From Octopus sinensis (Eukaryota): a DNA stretch of 64,000 nt. The stretch is taken from contig NC_043011.1 of the NCBI RefSeq assembly GCF_006345805.1, positions 67,468,464 through 67,532,463 of the forward strand, written 5' to 3'. The number at the start of each line of letters is the position of its first letter. Position 1 is the stretch's first letter. Positions 49,703 to 61,629 of the stretch are shown here, piece by piece. Position numbers and translations under genes: made by a program. Under the pieces are notes generated by a model that had not been told where the DNA came from, did not search any database, and saw only the letters and a program-made list of their open reading frames with translations.

Positions 49703-50044
49703 CTGTAATGTTACTTGTGTGTATTTCTCTATCTTCATGACTATGTGTGCATATTTATGTACACGTGCATGTCTGGGTATATTTGCGTAAATATGTGTAC
49801 CTATACGCACGCACACACACGCACACACACACACATACACACGCATATATATACATATATAAATACGTACGTGATGGTGTGAGTGTGCGTCTGTGAGTGT
49901 GCCTCTGTGAGTGTGTATCTCTGTGTGTGAATGTGTGCGCATGTATACATGAATGGTCACATATCCTTATACAAATATATATCACTTTGATCACTTTCTC
50001 ATCCACGTGATCCCAATCGTCCTCCTGAAATCGTAACTCCACCG

Positions 50045-50201
50045 ATTAAAAATGGGGAGGGATAACTTATGGCAGTTCTTTAGGTTTCCCGTCCATAGAT
50101 GGTTTAGCTTTATGGCGTATCGTCAGATCTCATAAAACTAAATCCTTTATAGACAGGAAACCTATGGGTAATCCCATAAACCGACCTTCCCCATTTTTAA
50201 T
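50045..50201. repeat. Old degenerate fold-back inverted repeat (~70-bp arms, 16-nt spacer)
   Basis: ATTAAAAATGGGGAGGG..TAGGTTTCCCGTCCATAGATGGTTTAGCTTTATG aligns to the reverse complement of 50131-50201 at roughly three-quarters identity by eye. Confidence 0.75.
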
Positions 50202-50269
50202 ATACACCGCTCTACATTTTAGTCTCCTTTCGGATTTTTTATAAACGATATGTGTGTGTGTACGTATAA

Positions 50270-50350
<81 letters not shown>

Positions 50351-50574
50351 TTAACATAATTATTTTATTCCAACCACAGATGTCCTTGCATCTGCAGGCA
50401 TCACCTCAAAGCTATGATTTTGAGGAACTAAATGAGTTGGCATGCCCATATCGTTGGGGGTGGTCAAACTCTGCATAAGGAGTAGACAACCACCATATAT
50501 ATATTATATGTGTGTATAAGAGTTATACGCTGAGGGAAAGCCACCATATATATATATATATATATGAAATAAAT

Positions 50575-50812
50575 GAGCCCTTTTAAAGCCTAGCCAGGTT
50601 CATGGGCCCGGTTTGTATGGTGCATGTGTTCCCCAGCTAGACGGGACGCCAGTCTATCGCAGCGTTACTCATTTTTGCCAGCTGAGTGAACTGGAGCAAC
50701 GTGAAATGAACTGTTTTGCTCAAGAACACAATGCATCGCCCGGTCCAGGAATCGAAACCACAATCTTACGATCATAATGCTGACAACCTAACCACTAAGC
50801 CACGCGCCTCCA
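50575..50812 (-). mobile_element. SINE family C, well-preserved full-length copy
   Basis: Reverse complement begins GTGGAGGCGCGTGGCTTAGTGGTTAGG..GTGGTTTCGATTCCCTGGACCGGGCG (A and B boxes). Confidence 0.9.
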
Positions 50813-50873
50813 CTCACACCACACTTACACATTATATATATTATATATATATATAATATATATATATTATATA

Positions 50874-50917
<44 letters not shown>

Positions 50918-50926
50918 TATATAATA

Positions 50927-50975
<49 letters not shown>

Positions 50976-51530
50976 TATGTGTGTGTGTGCGCGCGTTTAT
51001 ATCTGTGAGGCGGTAGACGCAGAAGAAATCGCGGTTGTGCTAAACTCGAGAGAAAGATAGGAGATAAGAATAAGAATGGGCTAAATTAGGAAATGGCAAA
51101 CGGTAAGCTTAGAAAGGATATGAGCACTTGAATTAGAAATTCACAAGATAATAGGGCTCACAAGAACTTCCTCGAACAATCTATTTATAAATCTCTAAAT
51201 CAGAGAAATCTTTGATGGAAGTATAGCGTAGCAAATCTAGAAATTCGGACATTACTGTATTAGAATTTCGGGATTGATATACATTGACCCCTTATCTGTT
51301 GATTGATCCAGCCTTCGGCATTAACACGGGTTTCTTATCAACGGCAGATCTTTCATTTGCCAAGGACACTTCAGTTTTATCTTGACCAACATAGGCCATA
51401 TGTTACGCAATTAGATTTGATCTAGAATAGTTAGTATTTCTGTACATGAATGCGCAATGGTGTATGTGTGTGTTGTCTGTGTGTGTACATACATATATGC
51501 ACACACGCATACACATATACATATATATGC

Positions 51531-51615
<85 letters not shown>

Positions 51616-51765
51616 GTATATATAATATAGATATAATATATATGTTGTGTGGTGTGTGTGTGTATACGCAGAAATATAGACGCCACAAAAGCGAGTAAGG
51701 GCACTAGTCAGCACCAGTATTGCTATATATATAAATATATATATATATATGTGTGTGTGTGTATA

Positions 51766-51971
51766 CAGGGTGTCCCAGAAGTCGCGCACCACCCTGGTGC
51801 TTTAAAAGAATATACCCTTACTGATTTCAAAAACACTTTATTGAAATTAATCGTAACAAATGATCAAATTAAGCACTCTCTACAATAAAACATGAAGAAA
51901 AAATATAAAATAACTTGCCTTAATTATTTTTAATGAAAACCAGAACGGTATGTGACTTCTTGGACACCCTG
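51766..51971. mobile_element. 206-bp Tc1/mariner-type MITE with TA target duplication
   Basis: TA|CAGGGTGTCCCAGAAGTCGCGCAC ... GTATGTGACTTCTTGGACACCCTG|TA. Confidence 0.85.
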
Positions 51972-52036
51972 TATATATGTGTGCGTGTGTGTGTGTGGTT
52001 GTGTCTGTATGTGTGTATGTGTGTGTGTGTGTGTGT

Positions 52037-52073
<37 letters not shown>

Positions 52074-52333
52074 AGGTTGAATAAAAATTCATCCTTTATT
52101 TTGCGGGGTTCCAAAGGGCGATTCCTCACAGATTCTTCATATTTTACTAGTAGCTTACTGGTGGGAGATTTATGAGAATTTATGGAAAGGTATTCCATAG
52201 AAACTCAACGAATTTGTATAATTCGGAGAAGAGAAGTTAAAATTTGAAAGAAATTGAAAAATTTCTTTCAAATTCTAACATCTCTTCATTTTAACCATAA
52301 ATTCTCATAAAACCATACCATACACACACACAC

Positions 52334-52461
<128 letters not shown>

Positions 52462-52463
52462 TA

Positions 52464-53879
52464 AGGGAGAAGCTGTTTAATCCTACCAGGGAGAAGCTGT
52501 TTAAAAAACCCGACCAGGGAGAAGCTGTTTAACTCAGCTCCTACACACTATGACTGGGTGCTGAAACGGCTGCTCAATCAATCACTCAAATGTGGAAGTC
52601 ATATATCTCGACTTTGCAAAGGCCTTTGATAAAGTCGATCATGGATGATATGTCACAAACTGCGTGATCCCAACATAGTTGGAAAACTGGAGAATGCTTC
52701 ATGACTTCTGAAGGATAGAAGTCAGGTGGTAGTAGCCAATGGGGCCACTTCCATTAACACACAAATAGTGAGCGGTGTTCCGCAGGGCACTGTTTCTGGG
52801 ACCACTACTGTCATAATGGCCCTCTCAGACATGCCCTCAGCCACGCAGAGATCCACGATCACAAGTTATGCAGAGATGATACAAAAGTTTCACAGGCAAT
52901 ACAGAACCCTGAGGACACTAAACACCTGCAATGTGAGCTGGACGAAATATACAAGTGGGCTGAAAAGAATAGCATGCAGTTCAATGCTGGAAAGTTTTCA
53001 AGCTTTATACTATCAGCATGCAAAACTGAATGGAATACCCAATGATACACTGGACCCGGAGGGATTGCAATTCCGAGAGGCACAATCAGTGCGTGACCTG
53101 GGTATTCACATGAGTGATGACGCGACCTTTCATGTACATGTTGCTAAACTGACAATGAAATGTAGACGGCTGGCTGGATGGATTCTTAGAACCTTTAGAA
53201 CAAGAGAACAAGAAACCATGATGGTCCTCTGGAAGACACTTGTCCTAAGCCACTTTGACTATTGCTCTCAGCTATGGTCACCATCCAGTGTCAAGCGGAC
53301 ACAGAACTTGAGGCGATCCAACCAACGAAGCTACACGAAGAAGATAGCCTCTGTGCAGCATATGAGCTACTGGGAGAGACTCAAGAGATTAAAGCTCTAT
53401 TCCCTGGAGCGTAGGCGAGAAAGATATGCCATAATATACATCTGGAAGATCCTTGAAGGCCTTGTCCCAGACTTTGGCATCGAGAGTCACACAAATGCCA
53501 GAACCGGACGCCAACTGTGTAGTACCAAGGACTCCAAATTTTTGCCATCAAGATGTAGGACAGATATTGTGATAGCCTGGGCTTCAGAGGCCACGGCTCT
53601 TCAATATCCTCCCGAAGAACCTGAGGGACCTGCATGGTGTGGATGCGCGATGTCTTTAAAAGTAGGACTGGATCTCTTCCTGTCAGGTGTCCCGGATGAA
53701 CCAACTTCACGGCAGGAGGTGCAGATGAGAGCAGCTGCATCGAACTTCTCATGCACCAGATGGCGTTTGCCAACAAACATCCGTGAGGTAAAACCGCGTA
53801 GCAAACCAAATGGCAGTGCCCCAGCATGGCCGCAGCTCATTAGCTGAAACTGGAAAAATCAAAATCAAAATCAAAATCA
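52464..53879 (+). mobile_element. 5'-truncated degenerate CR1-type LINE (RT C-terminal part, 3' UTR, (AAAATC)n tail)
   Basis: [73 protein letters not shown]; (TA)n on both flanks. Confidence 0.9.
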
Positions 53880-53938
53880 TATATATATAATATATATATA
53901 TATATGCTTTATTTAAGGCAGCAGAAAATTCAACAAAA

Positions 53939-53978
53939 CCTGTTACTCTGAGTTTCACGTTCCCGTTCGTCGGACAGG
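53939..53978 (-). ncRNA. Hammerhead ribozyme, U4C variant core
   Basis: CCTGT-CCGACGA-ACG(ggaa)CGT-GAAA-CTC(a)GAG-TA-ACAGG. Confidence 0.75.
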
Positions 53979-53983
53979 AAAAA

Positions 53984-54021
53984 CTGTCCGACGAACGGGA
54001 CGTGAAACTCAGAGTAACAGG
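53984..54021 (+). ncRNA. Hammerhead ribozyme, U4C variant core (mirror copy)
   Basis: CTGT-CCGACGA-ACG(gga)CGT-GAAA-CTC(a)GAG-TA-ACAG. Confidence 0.7.
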
Positions 54022-54170
54022 TTTTGTTGAATTTTCTGCTGCTTTAAATAAAGCATATTACTCTACTCCACCACTGGTTTTGAGTACACACTTTTTTCCA
54101 CTTTGTTTCACATTTATGTGTTTACTCCGGTATATGTATATATATTATATATATATATATTTATATATAT

Positions 54171-54257
<87 letters not shown>

Positions 54258-54325
54258 ATATATATATAATAATATATATATAATATATTATATATATATA
54301 TATATATACATAAATATATATATAT

Positions 54326-54382
<57 letters not shown>

Positions 54383-54397
54383 ATATATATATTTATA

Positions 54398-54440
<43 letters not shown>

Positions 54441-54498
54441 CATTATTAGTGAATTGAAGAAATGGAGCTGAACGCAGATTGAACAGAAATCGTTTTAT

Positions 54499-54584
54499 TT
54501 CATTCTACACGTGTTTCGAAGGCACAAATTACCAAAATCCGATTGAATAATGGGACCATATGTGGTCTTTCTCTTCAGGAAGAA
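54499..54584 (-). ncRNA. Type I hammerhead ribozyme (left arm)
   Basis: TTC-CTGAAGA-GAAAG..CCTTC-GAAAC-ACGT-GTA-GAA on the minus strand. Confidence 0.75.
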
Positions 54585-54754
54585 AAAAGGAAATCCGTTG
54601 GAAAAACAAAAACAGAACAGAGGCGGAGCAAAAAACAAATCGAACTGTGCTCCTAAGAGCCCATGGCGAAAACCCATGGGCTCTTAGGAGCACAGTTCGA
54701 TTTGTTTTTTGCTCCGCCTCTGTTCTGTTTTTGTTTTCCAACGGATTTCCTTTT

Positions 54755-54839
54755 TTCTTCCTGAAGAGAAAGACACAATATGGTCCCATTATTCATCGGT
54801 TTTGGTAATTTGTGCCTTTCGAAACACGTGTAGAATGAA
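54755..54839 (+). ncRNA. Type I hammerhead ribozyme (right arm)
   Basis: TTC-CTGAAGA-GAAAG(a)CACAA..TTGTG(c)CTTTC-GAAAC-ACGT-GTA-GAA; palindromic helix III ACACGTGT. Confidence 0.85.
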
Positions 54840-55064
54840 ATAAAACGATTTCTGTTCAATCTGCGTTCAGCTCCATTTCTTCAATTCACCAATATGTTTT
54901 AATTTCAATTATCCGCACCAACGCACGGTTGCAACGCCAGATGTTGGTTGTACCTCCAACCGTGCTGTTTACTGCTGTGATTTTTGCTACTAAGGTATCG
55001 GTTAAAACTGTTGATTAATCTACTACAAGATTATTCATCTTTCTATTTCACTAATATAATATAT

Positions 55065-55330
55065 ATATATATATATAAAACTGAGAATGTGTGTCTGTCT
55101 GTATGTGTTTCCCCCTAAACTTGAGACCTGCACAAAACCATTTCATTCAAATTTAAACAACATGCCTTACTTAGGGTCCATGTAGATTCATGAGCCAAAA
55201 AATGTTCAACTTCTTGCCTAGAGCGAGCCCATAGCAATATCATATCTTCTCCACTATTTCAGTATTACGTGTTAAAAGTGAAACAAAAACATTTCTCTAT
55301 TCTATGTCAGATACTTTCATTTTAACAATA
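55065..55330 (+). mobile_element. Possible non-autonomous Helitron-like 5' fragment
   Basis: TATATATATAAAACTGAGAATGTGTGTCTGTCTGTATGT resembles Helitron 5' ends; no 3' hairpin-CTAG identified. Confidence 0.3.
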
Positions 55331-55764
55331 AAAATTAGAGATAATAATAACAATTGAATTATATGTAGTAAGTAATAATTAAAATCAAACTAAAGTATAA
55401 TATAATCGTAACATAACAAAAGTAAAAAAAGACAATTGGTATAAAATTGCATCAATGACTTGAACTTGAATAAGTGGTTTCACATGAATGGGAATAAATT
55501 GAAAATAAAATTGGTGTGCAGAAATGGAATAGTCCAGATGGAGCTGTGCACATACCGTTTACCACGGCTTTTACATTAGATTATCTGCTAATTAGTTAGC
55601 ATTAAGTATCTATATGAGGTTTGGCTGTATGTATTGTCTGTTTTCTCGAACAGCCGGTTCTACTGAGTACTGCCGTTAGTTTATTCCGTATACATAAAGG
55701 ACTATAGCTTCAACTGCTATAGTAAAAAATAGTAAAAAATAGTAAAAAAAGGTGTGCGAGATGA

Positions 55765-57900
55765 CAAGTGTGTGTGTGTGAGTGTGTGCGTGTGTGTGTG
55801 CGTGTGTGTGTGTGCATGGTGGACAATGGCTAGTAGCAGGCCGTAGTAGAATTAAGGGGTGGTGTGGGGGTACCCTAGCAAGTCAGAAAGGCAGGTCAGA
55901 AACAGGGAGGTATGTGTGTGTGCGTGTATATGTATCGTGTGTGTGTTTTGTTGTAGTATGTGTGTGTGTACGTGTGCGTTTTGTTGTGTGTATGGCGAGT
56001 AACTGTGCTTGACTTAGTGTAGGTGTGCGTGTGTGCTTGTACGTGCGTGTGTGTGTATATATACGTATGTATAATTGTGTGCGTGTATGTATGGTTGTGT
56101 GCCGTATGGGATGTATGTGTGGGTTCATTTGTGTGTGTGTGCGTGTGTATGTATGTGCGTGTAGTTGTGTGTATGTGTATGTGTACTTTTGTATGTGTGT
56201 GTGTAAGCGTAAATGGATATATATGCGTGTATCCGTGGGGTTGTGAGTTTCTTTTTGCACGTGTGCGTGCGTATGTGTGCGCATGCATGTGTGCGCATGT
56301 GCATGCGAGTGTGTATGTATGTATGCGTGTGTATGTATGTATGTATGTGTGTATGTAAGTATGTGTGTGTATGTGTATGTGTATGTGTGTATCTGTGAGT
56401 GCGTCTATGTATGTGTGTATGTATGTATATGTGTGTATGTATGTATGTATGTATGTATGTACGTGTGTATGCGTGTATGTGTGTAAGTGAGTGTGTATGT
56501 ATGTATGTATATGTGTGTATGTATGTATCTGTGCATGCGTGTATGTGTGTATGTATGTATGTATGTATGCATGCATGTGCTCATGTATGTGTGTGTATGC
56601 ATGTGGGTATGTATATGTGTATGTGCGTATATGTGTGTGTGTATGTATGTGTGTGTATGTATGTGTGTGTATGTATGTGTGTGTATGTATGTATGTGTGT
56701 ATGCGTGTGTGTATATATGTATGTGTGTATGTATGTGTGTATGTATGTATGTATGTATGTGTATGTGTATGTTTGTGTGTGTGTATGTATGTATGTATGT
56801 GTGTGTACGTATGTGTGTGTGTGAATGTATGCGTGTGTGCGTGGGGTTTCCTCTGGAGTTGTGTGGGCGTAGTGTAGGTATTATGCGTGTGTGTGTGTGT
56901 ATGTATGCGTGTGCGTGTGTATGTGGGTGTGTATGTATGTTTGTGTGTGTGTATGTATGTGTGAGTGTATGTGTGTATGTATGTATGTATGTATGTATGT
57001 ATGTCTTGTGTATGTATGTATGTGTGTGTATGTGTGTGTGTGTATGTGTGTGTGTATGTATGTATGTGTGTAGGTATGTATGTGTGTGTGTATGTGTGTA
57101 TGTATGTATGTATGTGTGTGTATGTGTGTTAGTGTGTGTGCGTGTGTGTATGTAGGTATGTATGTGTGTGCGCGTGCATGCATGCATGTATGTGTGTATG
57201 TATGTATACACACACACACACACACACACGCACACATATGGGGCCGGCCGCACCCCAGGCGCGCGAGAACGCGCGTGCGCGAGAGGGCGCGGACTCACAA
57301 ACACCCACACCAAAAAAAACGGGAACTCCATCAATCCCTCAACTAAAAAGCGTGCACCTGGATACAAATATATGTATATGTGTGTGGGCATGCGTGTAAG
57401 CGTGTGCGTATGTATGCATGTATGTGTGCATGTGTGTGTGTGTATGTATGTATGTATGTAAGTATGTATGTATGTACCTATGTGTGTGTGTATGTGTGTA
57501 TGTATATGTGTATGTGCATATGTGTGTGTATGTGTGTGTAAGTATGTATGTGCGTGTGTGAATGTATGTATGTGTGTGTACGTATGTATGTGTGTGTGTG
57601 TGTGTGAATGTATGCGTGTGTTCGTGGGTTTTCCTCTGGGGTTGTGTGGGCGTAATGTACATGCGCGTGACGTGCGTGTATGTGCGTGTGTGTCTCTACT
57701 GGGTGTTTATAAAGGTGTGCGTATCTGTATGGGTATTGTTTTGTTGGTGTGTGTGCACGGGCATGTGTGTGTGCACGTGGGTGTGTGTGGGGGTGTATAG
57801 GTGTGGAAGTATGTGTGCGTACAAGTGCGTGTAGGTTGTATGTGTGTGGTGTATTGGAGGTAGGTGTGTGGAAGTAGGTATGTGGGGGTGTTCGAGGATA
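55765..57900. repeat. 2.1-kb complex (TG)/(TATG) microsatellite field
   Basis: Direct reading. Confidence 0.95.
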
Positions 57901-57986
57901 TGTGGGTATGCGTGTGTGTGTTACTGTATAAGGATTTAAAAAAAGAAAAGGAGGAGAGGGGGAGAAAGAGAGGTGGCGCGCAGTCA

Positions 57987-59330
57987 CTAAGAGGAGGGGG
58001 CTGTGTTGAGTCCGTGTGGGGTATTGGTTTGTAGAGTGAAGATGAAACGTTGCTCCAAGTGGAGCCTGGATTGTGGAAGACCGTTGTGTGGGGCGAGACC
58101 AAACACAGAGATGTCATCGGGGGAATGGCTGGCCGAGCGGAAGTGACGTGCGACGGGAGAAAGGGACCGTAGGCGAACATCCCTCAGATGTTCGGCGAGT
58201 CGGTCTGACAACCGGCGTCCGGTCTGTCCTATATATAGCATTCCGCAGAGGTTGAATTTAATGCAGTATATGAGGCCAGACGAAGTGCACGTAAAAGAAT
58301 GTCTGATACGTACAGTTCGCTGGTTGGAGCCGGTGACAGCAGTGGTGTTGGTGATGAAGGGGCAGGTGTCGCAGCGGGATCTAGAGCACGGGAATTATCC
58401 GTGTGGGGCTGAGGGGGAAGAAGAGAGGGTTCTATAGACCAGGAGGTCGCGTAGATTCCGGGCTCGTTTGAAGGAGAACAGGGGTGGGTTGGGGAAAATG
58501 GGGCGTGTCGTGGTATCGCGCTGGAGGCGACGGAAGGCACGTAGTATCTTCCGAGGAAGGGGTAGAGTAGAGGGGTGGAAAATGAGGGGAAAGGGGGTGC
58601 GGTTGGGGGGTGAAAGGAAGGAGAAAGGGTGGTGGTGCGGTCGATGCGATGGGCGCGGGCGAGGGCATTTGAGACTAGTGTAGGTGGGTATCCTCGGTGC
58701 CTGAACAGGCGGGCCAGGTATTGAGATTTGGTCTCGAAATTCTGGTCGCGGCTGCACAAGCATCGGAGGCGGAGGAACTGGGAGTAAGGGATGGCCCGTT
58801 TGGTGTGGAAGTGGTGGGAGGAGGAGAAGTTGAGATAGAGGTGGAAATCCGTGGGTTTAAAGAAGGCGGAGGTGGTGAGAGAGTGGGAGGGGTGGTCGAT
58901 GCTGAGAGACATATCAAGGAAGTTGACAGAGGTGTTGGAGATGGTTGAAGTGAATTGTAGAGAGGGGTGGAAGTTGGAGAGGAAAGAGATGAATTGGCAG
59001 AGATGTTCGCAGGAAAGGGAGGTGGCGCCTATGCAGTCGTCTATATAGCGACCGTATAGTTCGGGGGTCGGCCCGGAGAATTGGGAGAATACTTGGGCCT
59101 CAATGTGGCCAAGAATGAGATTGGCGAAATTGGGGACCATTCTCGTTCCCATCGCGACCCCGGACAGCTGCTGGTAAGTTTCCCCGGCGAACGTGAAACA
59201 GTTGAGGGTGAGGACGAGCTCTGCCAGGCGGAGAAGGGTAGGGGTGCTGGCGGTGGGGTCGGGACGACGGTCGAGGAAGTGTTGGAGAGCTAAGAGACCG
59301 TCGTTGTGATATGGATATATATATATATAT
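57987..59330 (-). mobile_element. GC-rich Penelope-like element (Neptune-like), 5'-truncated RT + Cys linker + GIY-YIG; one frameshift and one stop
   Basis: [78 protein letters not shown]; [62 protein letters not shown]. Confidence 0.92.
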
Positions 59331-59529
59331 AGATATAGATATATACATATACATATAGATGTAGATATATACATATAGATATAGATATATACATATATAT
59401 ATACATATACATATATATATATGTATATAGATATATTTTTATGATATATATAAATATATGGATATATATGTTTATATATATAATATATATTATATAATAC
59501 ATATACGTATATATATATATATATATACC

Positions 59530-59579
<50 letters not shown>

Positions 59580-59590
59580 ACGTATATGTA

Positions 59591-59622
<32 letters not shown>

Positions 59623-59643
59623 AAAGATATATATATATGTATG

Positions 59644-59680
<37 letters not shown>

Positions 59681-59744
59681 TATGTATATATATATATGTA
59701 TATATATATGTGTATGTATGTATATATATCTATATATGTATGTC

Positions 59745-60130
59745 AGGTCACTTTCGAGTGCTACTGGTAACATGTAACCCAGTACAACCTGTTGCATGGT
59801 CGGGTCGTCGGCGACTAAACCGACAACCCCACCAAGCTTGCTTGGTGATGAGGGTGTATATTAGCTGTAAAAAAACCCGTCAAAGGGCGAAGTAACTCTT
59901 GAGAGTCAACGGCCATCCAATAAATGTCTTAAGGTTGTATCATGCGCGGGGACATAGAAATAATCGGACTGAATACCCGATCGCGCGGTTAAACCATTAG
60001 GAGTGAAGGACTCCTAGCCTTTGTTAAGGCATCCTTCAAGGAGAAGGTAACTCAGGTAACTGGGAAAACTCCGACATAAAACCTGCGGCTCAGTTGTTAC
60101 CGATGATGTTGAGTTGTTCATCACAAAACC
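59745..60130 (+). mobile_element. Possible RTE-clade LINE 5' UTR fragment
   Basis: AGGAGAAGGTAACTC..GGGAAAACTCCGACATAAAACCTGC resembles RTE 5' UTRs as I recall them; no ORF. Confidence 0.35.
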
Positions 60131-61442
60131 TCGCTAAGTTATGTATATATTTATATTTAAGATCTTTAAATTTTAAATTTTAATATTTTATAAGTCTTAT
60201 GGTGTAATATTATTGTTTTTTTATGTAAATATCGTTGTTTATGTAATGATCTAATTATCGTAATTTTCTATATAATTATTAGATAGTAACTTTAAGTTTA
60301 TTCGTAAGAATTTACTTAGCGATAGATATGTTGTTTGATAGCAAGTATACGAGTTGTTTAAAGTTAGGTTTCATGTATATATACGTATTAATAGTATTAA
60401 TTGTAGTTTTAAATTTCTTATAATTATTATTTTAACTTATATATTGTCTTTTTAAATTGATATTTGCTAGTTTTATTATTCCCGTTGATAAATATATTTA
60501 TAGTATTTATTTGATACTATATAACTACGAATTGATTATTTCTTTAAGTATTTTAAATATAAGATTACTGAAAGTTACTATTTAGCCAACGAGATATAAA
60601 AATAGTTAATTTGCTATAGCGTTCGTTTAAGATTGTTTGTTTGTATTTTTGAAATTAGCTATTTCATCTTTAAATATGAAAAATTAATTTATTAGGTCTT
60701 TATTACATGTGCATATATATTTATTTATAGAGATTATTTTAGATCTTAATTATAATATTTATATACATTTATATATTTTCATTGATAATTTATATATTAT
60801 TTAAATTTTATATTTTTAATAATATAATAGTCTTTTTTTTGTAAAATATTTATGTAATTAGATATTGACTATTACTGATATTAGATTATTGGTGGGTTTC
60901 TTACCTTAAAAATTAATACTTAAAAATTAAAATTAATATTTAACATTGTAATCGATTTTTTGATATAATCATAATCGTTAAGTTTCTAGTTTGATAATAG
61001 AGTTTTTTATAAGTAAAATTATTATATTATTTATTTCTTAAAAAATATTGTTTAAATATTTCTGATTATTTATTAAAATATTACAATTAACCTGAAGATT
61101 GACTGTAACCATAATTCGAATTATTAATTGAATTTAAATTATTGTTATTCGAATTGGTTACGGACATGAAACGATCGTAGTGTTTTTACTCTTTATCTTA
61201 CATTAACTTTTAATACTTTTTGAAAGTTATATATTTAAAAAAACAAATAAATAAATAAAATAAAATAATAATAATAATAATAATAATAAATATATATATA
61301 TATTTAAAATTTATAAGCTTAAATTATTTAAATAATTTTTAAAATTTTAACTTTAATTTAAAAATTTTAATTAATTTTATTTCTATGTATTGGCTTATGA
61401 TTTTCGTTGTTTGATTTGCCTAATAGTGGTTTTATCTCTAAT

Positions 61443-61480
<38 letters not shown>
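60130..61480 (+). other. Extremely AT-rich segment, probable PLE terminal or 3' region
   Basis: Composition resembles 24000-24900 and it carries a similar long-helix-II hammerhead; no decodable ORF. Confidence 0.45.
61089..61183 (+). ncRNA. Type I hammerhead with elongated helix II, partly decayed helix I
   Basis: AC-CTGAAGA-TTGACTGTAACC(~45 nt)GGTTACGGACAT-GAAAC-GATC-GTA-GT; palindromic helix III ACGATCGT. Confidence 0.7.
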
Positions 61481-61487
61481 TATATAT

Positions 61488-61629
61488 AATAACTTAGAAT
61501 AACTTAGAAAGGTTTTGGCCAGTATTGGCCCAGGCCATGTCTAACTTAATAGCACCACCTGGCGAAATCTTTCAATTCAGGATTTGGGCACCAAGGACCA
61601 TTCGAGCAGAGAGTTATTGTTTGCGGAGA
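61488..61629 (-). mobile_element. Short 3'-end copy of the LINE family at 13871-18507
   Basis: GGTTTTGGCCAGTATTGGCCCAGGCCATGTCTAACTTAATAGCACCACCTGG..GAGAGTTATTGTTT matches 13897-14010; different tail (TTCTAAGTTA)2 running into (TA)n. Confidence 0.9.

Larger units (their letters stand above)
53902..54058. repeat. Near-perfect palindrome (75-bp arms, GAAAAA loop) carrying two divergent hammerheads
   Basis: 53902-53977 is the reverse complement of 53984-54058 apart from ~3 differences. Confidence 0.95.
54439..54898. repeat. Long near-perfect palindrome (~226-bp arms, 7-nt loop CGAAAAC) carrying two divergent hammerheads
   Basis: 54439-54666 is the reverse complement of 54674-54898 with few substitutions or indels; CCATGG flanks both sides of the loop. 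Confidence 0.95.

Noticed and set aside
58229-59797. 522-aa ORF as one gene
   Set aside because: Its first ~155 aa are (TA)n translation fused by chance to the PLE RT frame, and its tail is out of frame
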